A program made the position numbers and the translations under genes. From the human T2T-CHM13v2.0 reference genome, Homo sapiens: a stretch of DNA of 64,000 bases. A model generated the notes under the pieces. That model ran no database searches. It was not told the DNA's origin and worked only from the letters and a program-made list of their open reading frames with translations. This document shows positions 24,666 to 38,109 of this stretch, one piece after another. Each line of letters opens with the position of its first letter. The stretch's first letter is position 1. The DNA lies in assembly GCF_009914755.1 (NCBI RefSeq), contig NC_060932.1, one strand, 5' to 3'.

Positions 24666-25645
24666 GTAAGGTAGAAACTCTTCCACATGGCTGAATCTCT
24701 GCTGCTTATTTTTAGTTGAGTACTGTTGCTGTGAGGATTCTTCTATACTTTCTCTTTCACTGAATCTTTTGCCTTTAAAATGAAATTGTTTCTGTTCTAT
24801 AAAACCTACAAAGACTTTAGAATGTTGTCCTTTGAAGATTCTAGTTTAATTATTTTGACTGAATTTTTAAATGATTCTGACGGAAGAAAAGGAGTTTGAT
24901 TTGGTTGAATGGTCGGTATTAGAAATATTGTCCAGTAGGATTTCTACAGGGAAGACCCCAGACTTTGTCTGTTCTTCAGGTATTTGGAAAGAAGAGGCGA
25001 TAGTCTTAGGCAGCATTATAGATAGAGCAGCATTTTTCTTTCAAATGGGAAGATATATGTGAATTTAAAATGGAAAAAGCAATTATACTATATACATTCT
25101 GCACATACCTATATTTGCACACAGTAATCCTCATCACTGGGGCTTAAATCAATACTGAAGACCATTTGATCATATTGTTCAATTTAACTAGTATTTTTTT
25201 GTTTACTTGATTAAAAATTATTCATTGGCTTAATCACAAAGTGCAATAAAAGGTAGAAATTGTATACTACACATTTACAGGAACACAAGCACATTCCCTT
25301 CCTTGGGGTTTTTATCTAATGAACACTAATGACCAGTTTGATGATACAGTTAAAATTAACTAATATTTTGATAGATTTGATTAAATAAATTGTTTAGGTT
25401 TGTGTCCTGATCTCCCAGATGCTTTTGAAAAGAGTAAACCTCTCTGTAATAGTAAGCCTCTCTCTCTGTTTTCCTCTCAGAAAAACATTCTTAACATGCT
25501 TTCTCATTTAAGTTTCTCATTTTAGTTTTAATTCCTTTCTAAATGAGGAAGCAAAAGAAATAGTAAGGGCATTTTGCTTTTGATTTCCTCTATTGTTTTA
25601 TGAAAGCCCACTTGTCTTGTGTCTATTTATTTTTTCCATTTACAG

Positions 25646-25680
25646 AACTTGGAAAGAGAAAGTGACTTCAGACAGTTGCT
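25646..25680 (+). other. Candidate 35-nt microexon
   Basis: tattttttccatttacAG|aacttggaaagagaaagtgacttcagacagttgct|GTGAGT; purine-rich body. Confidence 0.45.
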
Positions 25681-25790
25681 GTGAGTAGTAATTAATTCCA
25701 GTGATCAGTGTGAGCTTGCGTATGGGCATTTATGAAATGATGTTAGATTATGAAATGCCAAGTGCCCCTCCTATTCTAGATGTGAATTTA

Positions 25791-26010
25791 GTGAGTGCTG
25801 TTGTACAGGAGAAAGGGGCTAATACAGACCTTTCTTTTTGGGCCAAGGGTGGCTGCTCTGCACCAAAGTTGCTATTTTTTTAGTTGTTGTTTAGCAAGTC
25901 CTACTGTTAAAAACTCAGTCAATGGCAGCCAGGCCGGTGTAGCATTGTTGGCATTGAGTTAGATCCAAGCACCAATTGAATCTCTTGGTTCTCTGATTGA
26001 AGACTAGATA
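25791..26010 (+). mobile_element. Probable LF-SINE relic, internally deleted
   Basis: atacagacctttctttttgggcca vs remembered ATATAGAGCCTTTCACCTCTAGGTCA; then tggctgctc, aaaac, ttgttggca, ccaag-ac in LF-SINE order. Confidence 0.45.
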
Positions 26011-26079
26011 TGCCTATCACATACTGCTCCCAATCACATACACACAACCCTCAATGTACAACAACCTATTATTAAAAAA

Positions 26080-26529
26080 GTGTTAGAAAATGATCATTTA
26101 CATAACTCAAATATCCTACAGTATATTGGCTAAATGATTGTATAGCTATTCAGTAGAATGTTATTTAGCCATTAACAGACATGTTATAGGAACATAATTG
26201 ATGACTTGGTCAAATATACATTACGTATTGTTAAATTAAGAGTAGGTTAAGGCTGGGTATAGTGGCTCACGCCTGTAATCCCAGCACTTTGGGAGACTGA
26301 GGCAGGTGGATCATGAGGTCAGGAAATTGAGGCCATCCTGGCCAACATGGTGAAATCCCGTCTCTACTAAAAATACAAAAATTAGCCAGGCATGGTGGCA
26401 CATGCCTGTAATCCCAGCTACTCGGGAGGCTGAGGCAGGAGATTCGCTTGAACCAGGGAGTCAGAAGTTGCAGTGAGCTGAGATTGCACCACTGCACTCC
26501 AGCCTGGTGACAGAGCGAGACTCCATCTC

Positions 26530-26560
<31 letters not shown>

Positions 26561-26890
26561 ACCAAAATACCCAAATATATGGATAGTAGAATTATTAGTA
26601 ATTTTTCTTTTTAAAAGCTTTTCTCACATTTTCTAGTTTTCCTACAATAACTACCTACCCATTCTGTGATAAAATTGAGTTTTAAAAACAATCAAAATGT
26701 TTTCTAAGTTTTTATATTAAGTGTGCACATACATATACATACATGTGTAAGAAAAAAAGGTGAAATGCCAACAAAGTCATCTCTGGACTGTGAGATTATT
26801 ATTGATTTCTTTTTGCTTCATCCTTTTCTGTAAGGTCTTAATTTTCTCCAATGTGAAAATATGACTTTTGTAATTAGAAAAAAACAATGC
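26080..26890 (+). mobile_element. L1ME-like 3' fragments, interrupted by Alu
   Basis: ggctaaatgattgtatag...agaatgttatttagccatta; atggatagtagaattattagtaatttttc; gtcatctctggactgtgagatta. Confidence 0.55.
26251..26554 (+). mobile_element. AluSc-family element (AluSc5-like)
   Basis: ggatcatgaggtc, aaccagggagtc, cagcctggtgacagagcg diagnostics; A25 tail at 26530-26554. Confidence 0.96.
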
Positions 26891-28699
26891 TTACAAAAGT
26901 AGAAAGAAAATACTATATATTCTAATAGTCAGTGTAAACAGTTTGTTCCAATAAGATCAGGATATGATGACTGGCCTAAAATATCCTAATAGAAGAGCCT
27001 ATGATACTCATGCATTAAAACATGCATTACAATAAGACAACTCTGTACAGTGTCCTCATCCTTTTAGCAGTTGTGTTTGTATGAATACATATTATTCCTC
27101 ATTAAAAAAACAGTGGCATAGTAACTTCATTTTCTTTAACACTGTCAGTCCTCTCTTTTTCCCTTCTGTGGGAGGCTCTGGCTCTTTTTTTTTTTTTGCA
27201 TGTGCCTTTATTTCTCTTTCCCCTTTGTCATTACCATTGGTCACTTGGACTTGGCAGGAGTTTGTTTCTAAGCATAGCTGCTGATATGAGATACAGTTAC
27301 TAATTTGAAGCACTACCTTATCCAAACTGAAAACTCTAGTTTCTCTTTTGTGTCATTGAAAGGTTATATGAAAATCACTCCCCTTCAACACAAAAAAAGT
27401 GAAAATTTAAAATTAGCAGACAGTGCCAATGGAAAAATGGAGAAAGAAAAATGGGCCCAATTTTAAAGAGTTTGAGCAAGCCAAAGAATAATGATTCATT
27501 GACAAATCCTTGTATTCTGAATGCGGTAAGATCATTAGTCATTTTTCGCTTTCTTCTGAGTTGGGACATACTCTTTGTGTAATTTTTTAATGTGGTCTCA
27601 AAATAATTGTTTTTTTAAAAAATCAGGTAATTAATTAGTTTTTGAACCAGCAATTGTTTTGGTATTTGGACCCCTTTTCTCAATCACTGAAAAAAACAAA
27701 CAAACAACAACAACAACAAAAAGAAGAATAGATCACTTGAGAGAAAAGAACTGCCAAATTTGATAGTAGTTACAGAAAACAACTAAATGAGCACCCTTGT
27801 AGACTATTAGTGTAAACACACACAAAAAAATTTCTTCTAAAATCTATGTGCATGTCTATCTTTCTAAAAAAAACTTCATTTTTTCCCTGTTTACACCTTG
27901 CAGGACACAAAAACTAGTATTTTTGCATTTCCCTTTTTTCACTGTAACTTCCGACTAAAGTCATTATATAGAAGAAAATGAGTCCAAAGAGGAAGTTAAT
28001 GCCAAAAGCCATAGAAAAACCATCACTTCTCTCAGCTTTTCAACTTATTTTTGTGACTATAGTTCTTACAGTCAGACCAGAGCCCATGCTCACTTAACAG
28101 AATCAAGATAGCAAACTATACTATATTTACTTTCTTTGAGGTATGGTAATTATTACTATTGTCTTGTTCAATAATTAACAATTGGTGGCTGTAAGCTAAC
28201 TTTCTGTATCCTCCTACTCTGTGACTGCAGAGGTGTGGAGAGTATGTTATTTGGTGGACAGCTCATATTTTAACCCAAAGGCATTATTAACCTGAGGAGG
28301 GGTATCCAATAGAGACATAATGAAACATAGACTTCTGTTTTACAAAGTTCTTTATGTATTTATTTAAAAATTTGTTTTGCATATTGACTAAATGTATAAA
28401 CTGCTTGAAAAAATTTATTTCTCTAAATTAGTTATCCCAAATTAACATATTTGTACTTTCAATTACTTGTCCCAATTTGAACAATTGTTTTCTCCTTTCC
28501 ATTCTTCAGATTTCTCTCAGTCTACAATCCCTTTTATCTGGGAAGTAAGGTCTAGTGTCACTTCTTTAATAAAGACAAGTAACACAAAGCTACTGCCACT
28601 ACCGCTGCTACTGTTAATAACCATGACAACAATAATAATAATAATAATGATTATAATGTGCCAGGCATCAATCTAAGAGCTTAAACAAATACAGTTAGT

Positions 28700-28847
28700 G
28701 GCCAGGCATGTTTGTAATCCTAGCACTTTGGTAGGCTGAGGTGGGAGGATTATGAGCCCAGGAGTTTAAGGCTGCAGTGAGCTATGATACAGCCACTGCA
28801 ACTCAGCTTGGGCGACAGAGTGAGACCCTGTCTCCAAAAATAAATAA

Positions 28848-28850
<3 letters not shown>
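28700..28850 (+). mobile_element. Alu monomer (FAM/FRAM-like) inserted into an antisense MIR
   Basis: Single arm with gagcccaggagtttaaggctgcagtgagctatgat; degenerate TSD atacagt; MIR remnants on both sides. Confidence 0.85.

Positions 28851-28878
<28 letters not shown>
28841..28878 (+). repeat. (TAAA)2-(GATA)7 STR derived from the Alu tail
   Basis: GATA x7 at 28851-28878. Confidence 0.95.
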
Positions 28879-28932
28879 CAGTCATTCAGTCCTCACATCA
28901 AGCCTATAATATAGGTCCTATTATTATTTCTT

Positions 28933-29562
28933 TCATGGATAACCTCTGCTAGGGCAGTATGAAAGGGACATGTGGGGTCAGAACCCTTTTACAGAGTCCC
29001 TACTGGGGCACTGCCTAGTGGAGTTGTGAGAAGAGGGCCACCGTCCTCTAGACCCCAGAATTGTAGATCCACAGACAGCTTGCACTATGTACCTAGAAAA
29101 GCCGCAGACACTCAAGCCAGCCCATGAAAACAGTAAGAGTGGTGCTGTACCTGCAAAGCCATGGGGGCAGAGCTGCATGGGAGCCCACCTTTTGCAGCAT
29201 GACCTGGATGTGAGACATCGAGTCAAAGGAGATCATTTTAGAGCTTTAAGATTTAATGACTGCCCTACTGTGTTTTGGATTTGCACGAGGCCTGTAGACT
29301 CTTTGCGTTGGCCGATTTCTCCCATCTAGAACAGAAACATTTACCCAATGCTTGTACCCCCATTCTATACAGGAAGTAACGAACTTGCTTTTGATTTTAC
29401 AAGCTTATAGGCGGAAGGGACTTGCCTTGTCTCAGATGAGACTTTGGACTGTGAACTTTTGAGTTAATGCTGAAATGAGTTAAAACTTTGGGGGACTGTT
29501 GAGAAGGCATGATTGGTTTTGTAATGTGAGGGCATGGGATTTGGGAGGGGCCAGGGGCAGAA
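28933..29562 (+). mobile_element. THE1-int (MaLR internal), 3' portion
   Basis: aacctctgctagggcagt...ccctactggggcactgcctagtggag...gacttgccttgtctcagatgagactttggact; polypurine tract gggaggggccaggggcagaa. Confidence 0.93.
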
Positions 29563-29910
29563 TGATATGGTTTGGCTGTGTCTCCCCCCAAATCTTATCT
29601 TGAATTCCCAAGTGTTGTGGGAGAGACCGGCAAGAGGTAATTGAATCCTGCAGACGGGTCCCTCCCATGCTGTTCATGTGATAGTGAATAAGTCTCAAGA
29701 GACCTGATTGTTTTATAAATGAGAGTTCCCATGCACATGCTCTTTTGCCTGCTGCCATGTAAGAAGTCCCTTTGCTCTTCCTTCGTCTTCCACCATGATT
29801 GCGAGGCCTCCCCCACCATGTGGAATTGTGAGTCCATTAAACCTCTTTCCTTTATAAATTACCCAGTCTCAAGTATGTCTTTATTAGCAGCATGAGATCA
29901 GACTAATACA
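29563..29910 (+). mobile_element. THE1B 3' LTR
   Basis: TGATATGGTTTGGCTGTGT...GACTAATACA termini, TATAAA at 29714-29719, ATTAAA at 29836-29841. Confidence 0.95.
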
Positions 29911-32261
29911 CACTCCCAAGCTTGGCCATTGTTTTCTAAGCTCCCACAATTGTACAGAGTGGCTGGGTGAGTAGAAGCTTCCAGAACCTGGCATTTACGG
30001 TAACAAAAAACATACAAAAACTCTCTTCAAAAAACACTTAATTTAGACTTGTAGAGAAAGCAGGACGTTAATCTAAATTATTTCGCTTCTAAGGTAGTTT
30101 TTATTTTAGGAGCATTATTGCTCTTCCTTGACATTGGGCCTTCAGTGGAACATCTATATCCTCCCTAATGGATTTCCTTATGTCTGAAAGCTCCTGAGTA
30201 TCTTATGTAAATTGTTCATGGCATTCTAAAAAACCAAATTTATGAACCTTCTTATTCCATTGTTCTCTGAATACTAGAGGTAGTTATTTGTCCCTTGCAT
30301 TTACATAATTAAGAAAAAAATCATTTAAAGGAAACTCCCTCATAAGCCTATTCCTAGTGATCAGAGATCTCCATTTCTAAATCCAATTACCTAGAATCTC
30401 AACTATCTATCTTAAGTGGAGTAGAATTGTTTGGTTGAGACATCGTGCCACAAGCCCCTGTGATAAAGTATGAAGTAGTTTGAAGAGCAGTAAACAATAG
30501 ATACCCTCATAAAGACAAGTGAAGTAACATGTATGTTACACTTGATCATTTGCAGGACTTTGCTTTAGGTAATTGACATAGGTAGCAGGAGCTGAAGTTT
30601 CATGTGTGCATGCACATTTGCACATGTATGAGTATTTTGCTATAGCAAAAGAAGTCCCCCAAGTAGGTCACATTTTGATTGATATCATAAGAAGGACAGA
30701 TATAAATTCCCTGGACATAAGTATAGCCACCCTTCAGTAGATGTGCTGGCAGTTCCTCCATCTAAGGGTGGATGAAAATAAGACTTTTTGCATTAGGGGT
30801 TTTAAAAAATGCCAGCAAATCTGAAATGTGTTTGATAAAGGAAAATAGTCAGGGCTCTGGATCCATGAGATGGCATGTGCCTGAGCTAGACTTGACTTTA
30901 CCTTCTGAGGCTACCTTCTTGCCCCAAAGGGGGCTGAGCAAAACAAAGAGAAAGATGGGTGTCAGCCTCACACCATGTTCTAGGCTCACTTCTAGAGGCC
31001 AGTTGTCAAGCTGCCACCAGTTAGTAGTAATGCCCCAAATGTCCTCTTGTTTAGCAACAAGTTAGTGGCAGAGATTTGAACATAGGCCTTTCTGATCTTA
31101 AAGCTCATATTCAGTAATTCTGTAATCAAGATATAGCAAGTAGGATTTAATTTGAGGCTTAATTCTGATCAGTTGATCACAACTGCATTTAATACTGTGG
31201 TAAGGATTATAAAGCGTCGCTCTCAGGGACCACCTACAGGATAACCTACAGTGTTTGCTTCAGGTTGGGGAGGAGAGACATGAAGCAGTGGGCTGGGCTT
31301 CCCATGCTTCTGACTTACAAACCAATTAACCAGATGTTAATTGTTATATTTTATGTTAGCTATGTATAAAAAAAATCTAAACTTCATTTAGAGCAAAGCT
31401 GGCTTTTAACAGTTTCTGTAGAAAATGTACTTCTTCTAGATAATTTTGAAAAATAATAACCTAGCTTGATACATATACCTATATTGCACCTGAGGCTTTA
31501 CTGCTTTTTCTTCTATCAAGGTTTTTCTTCAGAGGAAATTTACTAAAGAAAGAATGTCCCTGATAGATATTTGTATGTTCTGGATAATACTTAGTAATAG
31601 GCTGTAAGAGGTATGGTAAGATGAATTCTGTTTAAGAAAACAAAAGCAATGGGAAGACAGTGAGATAACCCATTTCAATTGTGGGAATATTCTGAAACAA
31701 CTCATATAAAATACAGCAGCTATATGGGGATGGGCAGCTGGATATGTGAATTCTCTTGCAAAAAGAAAAAAGATCATCTTGAACTGCAGAGCCGGGGGTG
31801 TGCACATGAAGCTGAATTGAAGACAATGCAATGCAAGTTCTGAAAACAAGCAGTAGGCAGGAAATCACAGGGAAAAAAAGACCCTGTAAACAGAATGAAA
31901 CATAATTCTTTTTTTCTGCCTTAGGAATTATAGATCTCGAAATTAAAATCACTGGTGTTTTTCTCCCTTACTTTAAGTAGTGTTAAATAATGAGAAATTC
32001 TCAGTTGCAATACATCCTTAAGCTATTTAGACAGTTTATACGTAAACCTTTTATTGCTTAAATCTCTGTGCTAGATTTGTATAGATATTTGACAGAGGTT
32101 CTTTGTAGGTTACAATCAAAACATTATACGTTTGAGTTTACAGTATTATTCTAAATATAATTCAAAACACAAGTAATGAGATAGTACTGAGAAGTGAAAG
32201 AAAGGAAAAACATGGAGATAAGGGATGAGGGAGAATTGCAGCCCTCTACCTACCCAGCTCC

Positions 32262-32372
32262 ATTCACAAGGAAGAAAAGAAATGGGAAGAAGCAAGAAAG
32301 AAAGGAAAGGGGAAAAGATGGAGGGAGAGAGAGAGATTAAAAAAGGAAGGGAGGAAAGAAAGAGAGAAAAAA
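32262..32372 (+). repeat. GA-rich low-complexity tract
   Basis: Near-pure purine run. Confidence 0.8.
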
Positions 32373-32454
32373 TAATATAATAAATTGTTTTCTGTGACTG
32401 CTTCTACCAATAGTGTTAAAGCAGAATGTAGAGAGGTCACTGGCATTTGGCTTC

Positions 32455-32819
32455 TTATGTCAAAAAAGGTTAAGTGCTGTAACAAACATCCCCAGATTCT
32501 CAGTGGCATAATGCAGTAAGGATTAATTGCATGCTCAAGTAACAGCCCATGTGGGTTGGGAAGCACTCTTGTGAGCAGGAGACTTAGAGACTTGGGCACT
32601 TTTCATCTCTTAGAGCTACATGTTTACTTACTATAAAAAGGAAGCAGCACAGTGAGGATCACAAGCACATCATCCTGGAAGTGGCAAAATCCAGCTCCAC
32701 CCATGTTCTTTTGGCCTAGTCCTGTGAACCCCTCCTAATCATCAACAGGCTGGACAGCAGAGTTTATGTTCAGGAAATGGAAACAGATTTGATGAGCATC
32801 AGGCTAGTCTGTGGCACAG
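32455..32819 (-). mobile_element. MLT1J/K-like MaLR solo LTR
   Basis: gctgtaacaaacatccccagattctcagtggcataa...cctggaagtggca...gctagtctgtggcaca. Confidence 0.7.
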
Positions 32820-33247
32820 TATGAACACTCTAGTTGAAGGACAGAGGAAGAGGAACTTTGCTTTCTGTAGAAGCTGAAGTTTCTTTAATTAAAACTTTGC
32901 AGAACTGAATTCTCATAATAGATGTCTATACTTAATGAGCTAAGATTAGCCACGGCCAAGAAGTTGTTTGGGTTTCTTCCTAGGCTCATTGCTGTTCAGC
33001 AGTGTATGACATTCCCCAGAGCATGTTGATGAGCTCCTTTAGGTCAACTTTTTTTCTTACAAATTCCTGGGAAGCCCTCATTGTTCTCTGAGGGCTGGAG
33101 AAGCAGGCAGAGTCCAGGTTCATGGGTCCATGTTAACACTTGGGGAAAAGCTGGTCTTCTTGTGGAGATGATATAAAATAGATTAAATAACTTATTTTCT
33201 GTTAAGTGCAGTTATTTCAGGTTATTCTGTATTCTATATATAACTGA

Positions 33248-33454
33248 CTTTTTTTTAACTTTTATTTTAAGTTCAGGAGTACCTGTGTATTTTAAGTTAC
33301 ACAGGTAGACATGTGTCAAGGGGGCATGTTATGCAGATTATTTAATCACCCAGGAATTAAGCTTAGTACCCCTTAGTGATTTTTCCTGATTCTCTTCCTC
33401 CTCCCACCCTCCACCCTCTCATAGGCCCCAGTGTGTGTTGTTCCCCTTTATATG
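33248..33454 (-). mobile_element. L1PA (L1PA13-like) 3' end, ~200 bp truncated
   Basis: ttaacttttattttaagttcagg...atcacccagg...cctcctcccaccctccaccctc...ggccccagtgtgtgttgttcccc. Confidence 0.9.
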
Positions 33455-35129
33455 AAACTATTTTTTATGCTTAAATTTCATCATTAACTTTTATTTTTTA
33501 TTTTGACATCCTACAAAAAATTTCTATTCTTACACAGGGACCAACATATTTGTTCTGGGAAAAATTTTGTTTTTTTTTTTTCAAATAATGATACTTAATT
33601 CTAAATATTTTAATAATGGTAAAAAAATAAATTTGAACCTTTCATACATCACATCAAAAGTTACACTTTTATATTTATAATTATACAGAAGAAAAAGAAA
33701 ATGCAATTACTGGAGTAAATTTAGCTTTTGTATGAAAGAAATCTATGGTGGAACTACAATTATTATAATAGTGTAGTAAATATATGTATTGTAACATGTA
33801 GCTGTTTTTCAGTATGATTATTATGGTGTTGTTATTACTAGAACCAATTTACTATAGTTTAACTAGGCAAAATATTAGTTACTTTATTTTTCATGTAAGT
33901 ATGGTTTGTTATGGTTTTATGGCCAAACTAGAATGCTATTATAATGAATTTTATTATGTTGTACTTATAAGGGATAGACAGGGACTTTTAGCTTATTTCC
34001 TAGCTCAGCTTTGCACTTATAATATGGCCTAGAGAGTGTTACTTAAATTTGTTTTCCACTGTAAAAACAGAGATATTCATTTAAAAAATAATAATCTCAT
34101 TAAAAATATAATCTGAAGTCCAGCCCTAATTAATTGCATTTAGATTCACTTCATGGGTTTACTAAAGTGAAATATTAACCCTCTGCCATTGAGCGTATGT
34201 TGGATATGTTCTTTCGGTACAAGTGATTTAAGTACTGCTAACGAATAGGTTTGCTTTCAACAATTAAGTAATGAAAACTGGACCAAGTCTCAGAGGGTTC
34301 TTGTCCTCATTCCTCTTTTGCCACAAACTTTTTGCCTAGTCTGGTCTCTCCAAGCTTCAGTTTCTTCCCCTCTCATGTCAGGGATCTGAATTAATCACCT
34401 GTTCATGCTGAGTTCATGCTTGTATGCATTCCAAACTAAGACAAATCTCTTCTTGGTTTTATTTCTGTTACCTGCCACCCATTTCAAGGTACTGCTTTAT
34501 TACTGGCTATATTCAAGGTCAAATAGCACAACTAAAAATAAAACCATTAAGTATGGTGTAATATATAAAAATCCTCTATTGTTTTAGTTATCCTGGACTT
34601 ACCAATAACTACATTTCCTTCTGGGAAAGAGTTAGTCACCTTAGACATACATTCACTTTCATTTTGCACTTTAATAAATTGTTACTCTAGAGAAAAATAA
34701 ATACAAGAGTAGATGACTATAAGGCTAAAAATACCCTATTCTGCCCCCTCAGGAGTTTGGAATCATTAGGGAGATAAAATCAAGATGAAAAGATTAAGAT
34801 ATAAATTATATTACTGAAAATTTTTATTGGGGGAAGTGGTTTGGATTCATGACCTAAAACTTCCTCTTCATTCCCAACCCTAATCTCAGGCAGAGCTGTG
34901 AGGTGTCCCTGACTAGGCAGGCACTTCTCATATAGCAGGGAGATGAACAAGAATATTCTGAAGCCTGGCTGCTCTAAACGGGTTAGAAGGACTGTGTCAA
35001 GCATGCTTGAGTGCTTGTTTCAAAGACATCAATCAAATAAGTTACTAAAAAGAGTAATGGAGTGAGAATAGAGCAGCCACTGTCTCCCCATTATTTTGGA
35101 AGGTCTAAGAAAGGAATAATCAGCCTGAA

Positions 35130-35285
35130 ACAAACTGTAGAAAGAGAAATGGCTTTAAGGTCAGACAACTGAAGTTTGAATTCTATCGTTGTCTCTATTA
35201 GCTGTGTGATTTTGGACAAGGTACTTAATATCTCTTATTCTCTTTTACAAAATGAAAATAAAAATATTGACTTCCTCACATGCCA
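35130..35285 (+). mobile_element. MIR
   Basis: ggctttaaggtcagac...tttgaattct...tagctgtgtgattttggacaaggtacttaa. Confidence 0.7.
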
Positions 35286-35339
35286 TAAATACAGCTTTGT
35301 ATGCAAAAACCTTTTCTTTTTCCTCCTTGGCATCCAAGA

Positions 35340-35700
35340 ATGCTATACTTCCAAGATCCTGTAATTGCATTCTGGCCAATGAAGTATCGGAAGTGAAGTT
35401 CACCATTTCCAAGCCTGGCTCATAAAACTTCCTCCACTTTGCTCCCCACTCTTAATTTCTTTGTGCTCCAGCAACATCCAAAAGATCTACCGAAGAAAAA
35501 AGAAGCCCCAAGGGATGGCAGAACTATTAGGTAGAAAGAACATGGGTTCCTGAATGCTTCAATGGAATTTTAGTTCTTTTATTCTCACTTTTTTGATACA
35601 TGTTAAATAACAACGTGAGTGAGAAATAATTACTTATTACATTAAAGCCAGTGAGATTTTGGGATTGCTTCTTACAGATATTAATGTATCCTGACTAGTA
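35340..35700 (+). mobile_element. Old ERVL/MaLR LTR (LTR16/MLT1J-like)
   Basis: tctggccaatgaa...ggatggcagaact...gggttcctgaatg...gtgagtgagaaataa...aagccagtgagattttggga...cctgactagtac. Confidence 0.65.
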
Positions 35701-36074
35701 CCCCAGGAGTATTCATGGAGATAAATTGGAAAAAAAATTCAGAAAATACTGGGCAGAGTGATACTTGCCCCTCAGAAGGGCTGTATGAGAGTTTCATCTC
35801 CTCTTTCTAACTTTCTGCTATCAGCTACTTTTTCAGATTAGCATCAATCATAATAAAAGGCCAAACATAACATAAATAGGGTCAGAAAAACAAAGAGATT
35901 TTATCATAATATTTTGGTTGTTTGCTTGATTAAATAATGATTATGTAGGCAATGACAAAAAAAGAAAAAGAAATAACAGTAACAGCAAGAACACAGCATC
36001 TCAGTATTGTTTCAACCAGGATTCTGTTAAGCAAAACGAATTGTTAGCTATAACTAGTTTTAATATAAACCTAG

Positions 36075-36395
<321 letters not shown>

Positions 36396-37330
36396 GGCAA
36401 TCATGTTTTTTGAGGTAAAGATAAATTTAAATGCCATTATATGCAATTTATTCATCTTATTCCAATATATTCAGATTTTCTGAAATGCTTCTCATTTATG
36501 TTCTTTGAATAAGCCCATACATAAGGTAATAGTACATTTTACTCTGTAACAAAGTGCCTTAAGAGTTATCCAACTTTGTAGTGTGATTCTCATGGATTTT
36601 ATTGAGTGGAATATGTACCCCAAAAGATATATTATTTCTCATAACCCAAAGGTTATTATTTTGTAGAATTTCTATAGGAGTAAAAACAAGCGAGAAAACA
36701 ATACAATAAAGGTGGATTAGAACTGGGCAGAAATGAGGAAATTGAAACAAATAAATAAGGTAAAAGATAAATTTAAGAGTATAATAAGTATAAGAGACCA
36801 CAGTCCAATATTATTGTGGTTGATACATAAAACGTAATCAGAAAATAACATTTAACACTCTTGTTTAAAATTAGAACCATTTCTTTTCCCTTTAATGATT
36901 TATGTACAAAATCTTAGCTTCGTACAGTAATAAACTAGAATATTCATTACCTACCTAAGAAAAAAGTTTGATGTGCCTTGAAATCAGTGACTTCGTGTCT
37001 AGTGATTTTGATGAAAATATGTGTTGAAAGTCTTAGATCACTAAAGATGATGATTTGGGGCTTGGTTGCTCAACCTAGTAAAAGTGTCTACTTGAACAGG
37101 GCAACTGGAAATATAGTCTGGGTGCATATTTAAAAAATTTTTTTTGAGTGGGCATGCCATAGACACTATACTTTGAGCTCCTTGAAAACAGGAAGAAAAT
37201 TGTACTGTTTGCTGCTGTATCTCTAACAATTAATACATAGAGAAAATGCAACTTTTTAAAATAAAATATATAGCTAAAAGAATCTGTAGGACTTATTTAA
37301 GAGAGTAGTATAATTCAATTTTAATTTTTT

Positions 37331-37617
37331 TTTTTTTTTGAGACGGTGTCTTGCTGTCGCCCAGGCTGGAGTATAATGGTGCAAGGCTCACTGCAACCTC
37401 CGCCTCCCAGGTTCAAGCAATTCTCCTGCCTCAGCCCCCTGAGTAGCTGAGTTTACACAGGCATGCACAACCACACCCGGCTAATTTTTGTATTTTTAGT
37501 AGAGACGGGGTTTCACCATGTTGGCCAGGGTGGTCTTGAACTCCTGACCTCAGGTGATCTGCCTGCCTTGGCCTCCCGAAGTGCTGGGATTACAAGTGTG
37601 AGCCAGTGCACCCGGCC
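37331..37617 (-). mobile_element. AluSx-like
   Basis: Reverse Alu (cctgacctcaggtgatc); perfect TSD TCAATTTTAATTTTTT at 37315-37330 and 37618-37633. Confidence 0.96.
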
Positions 37618-38109
37618 TCAATTTTAATTTTTTAAAGTTAATAGCACATTTGTTCAAGGGACCAGTTTTCCTTCAGTGTAGATCGTGATCTGAAGAATTT
37701 GGGATGGATGAATGATAGCGAGAAGAATTGGGAAGTCTTCAAGAATTTAGATATCTATGTTTAAGGTTTTAGCAAGGTAAAGACAGTGGGAAAACACAAG
37801 AGGGTGCAAATTCAGTATGTCTTTGACCTACATTAAATTGAAGATGCATGAGGGAGAAGGAAAAGTGGAGAACATCCTTCATATTTTTAATTTGTACAAC
37901 TATGTGAGTGTGGTTAGTAATGCCAGAATGGTTAGTAACCAAAATCAGGGAATCTAAGAGGTGAAGCAATTAATCTGGAGAAGGAGGACAAAAATATTAC
38001 TATCAGCCATGGTATATTCTGTGTAGTTGGAGATGAATGGTAGCAGTTGGGAATATGAGTGAGGAAATTAGGAGAGAGATTAAGAAAAGGTGTTGATTTG
38101 GGAATCAAC

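Noticed and set aside
28978-29837. Cluster of ORFs
   Set aside because: THE1-int/THE1B sequence with no intact retroviral protein
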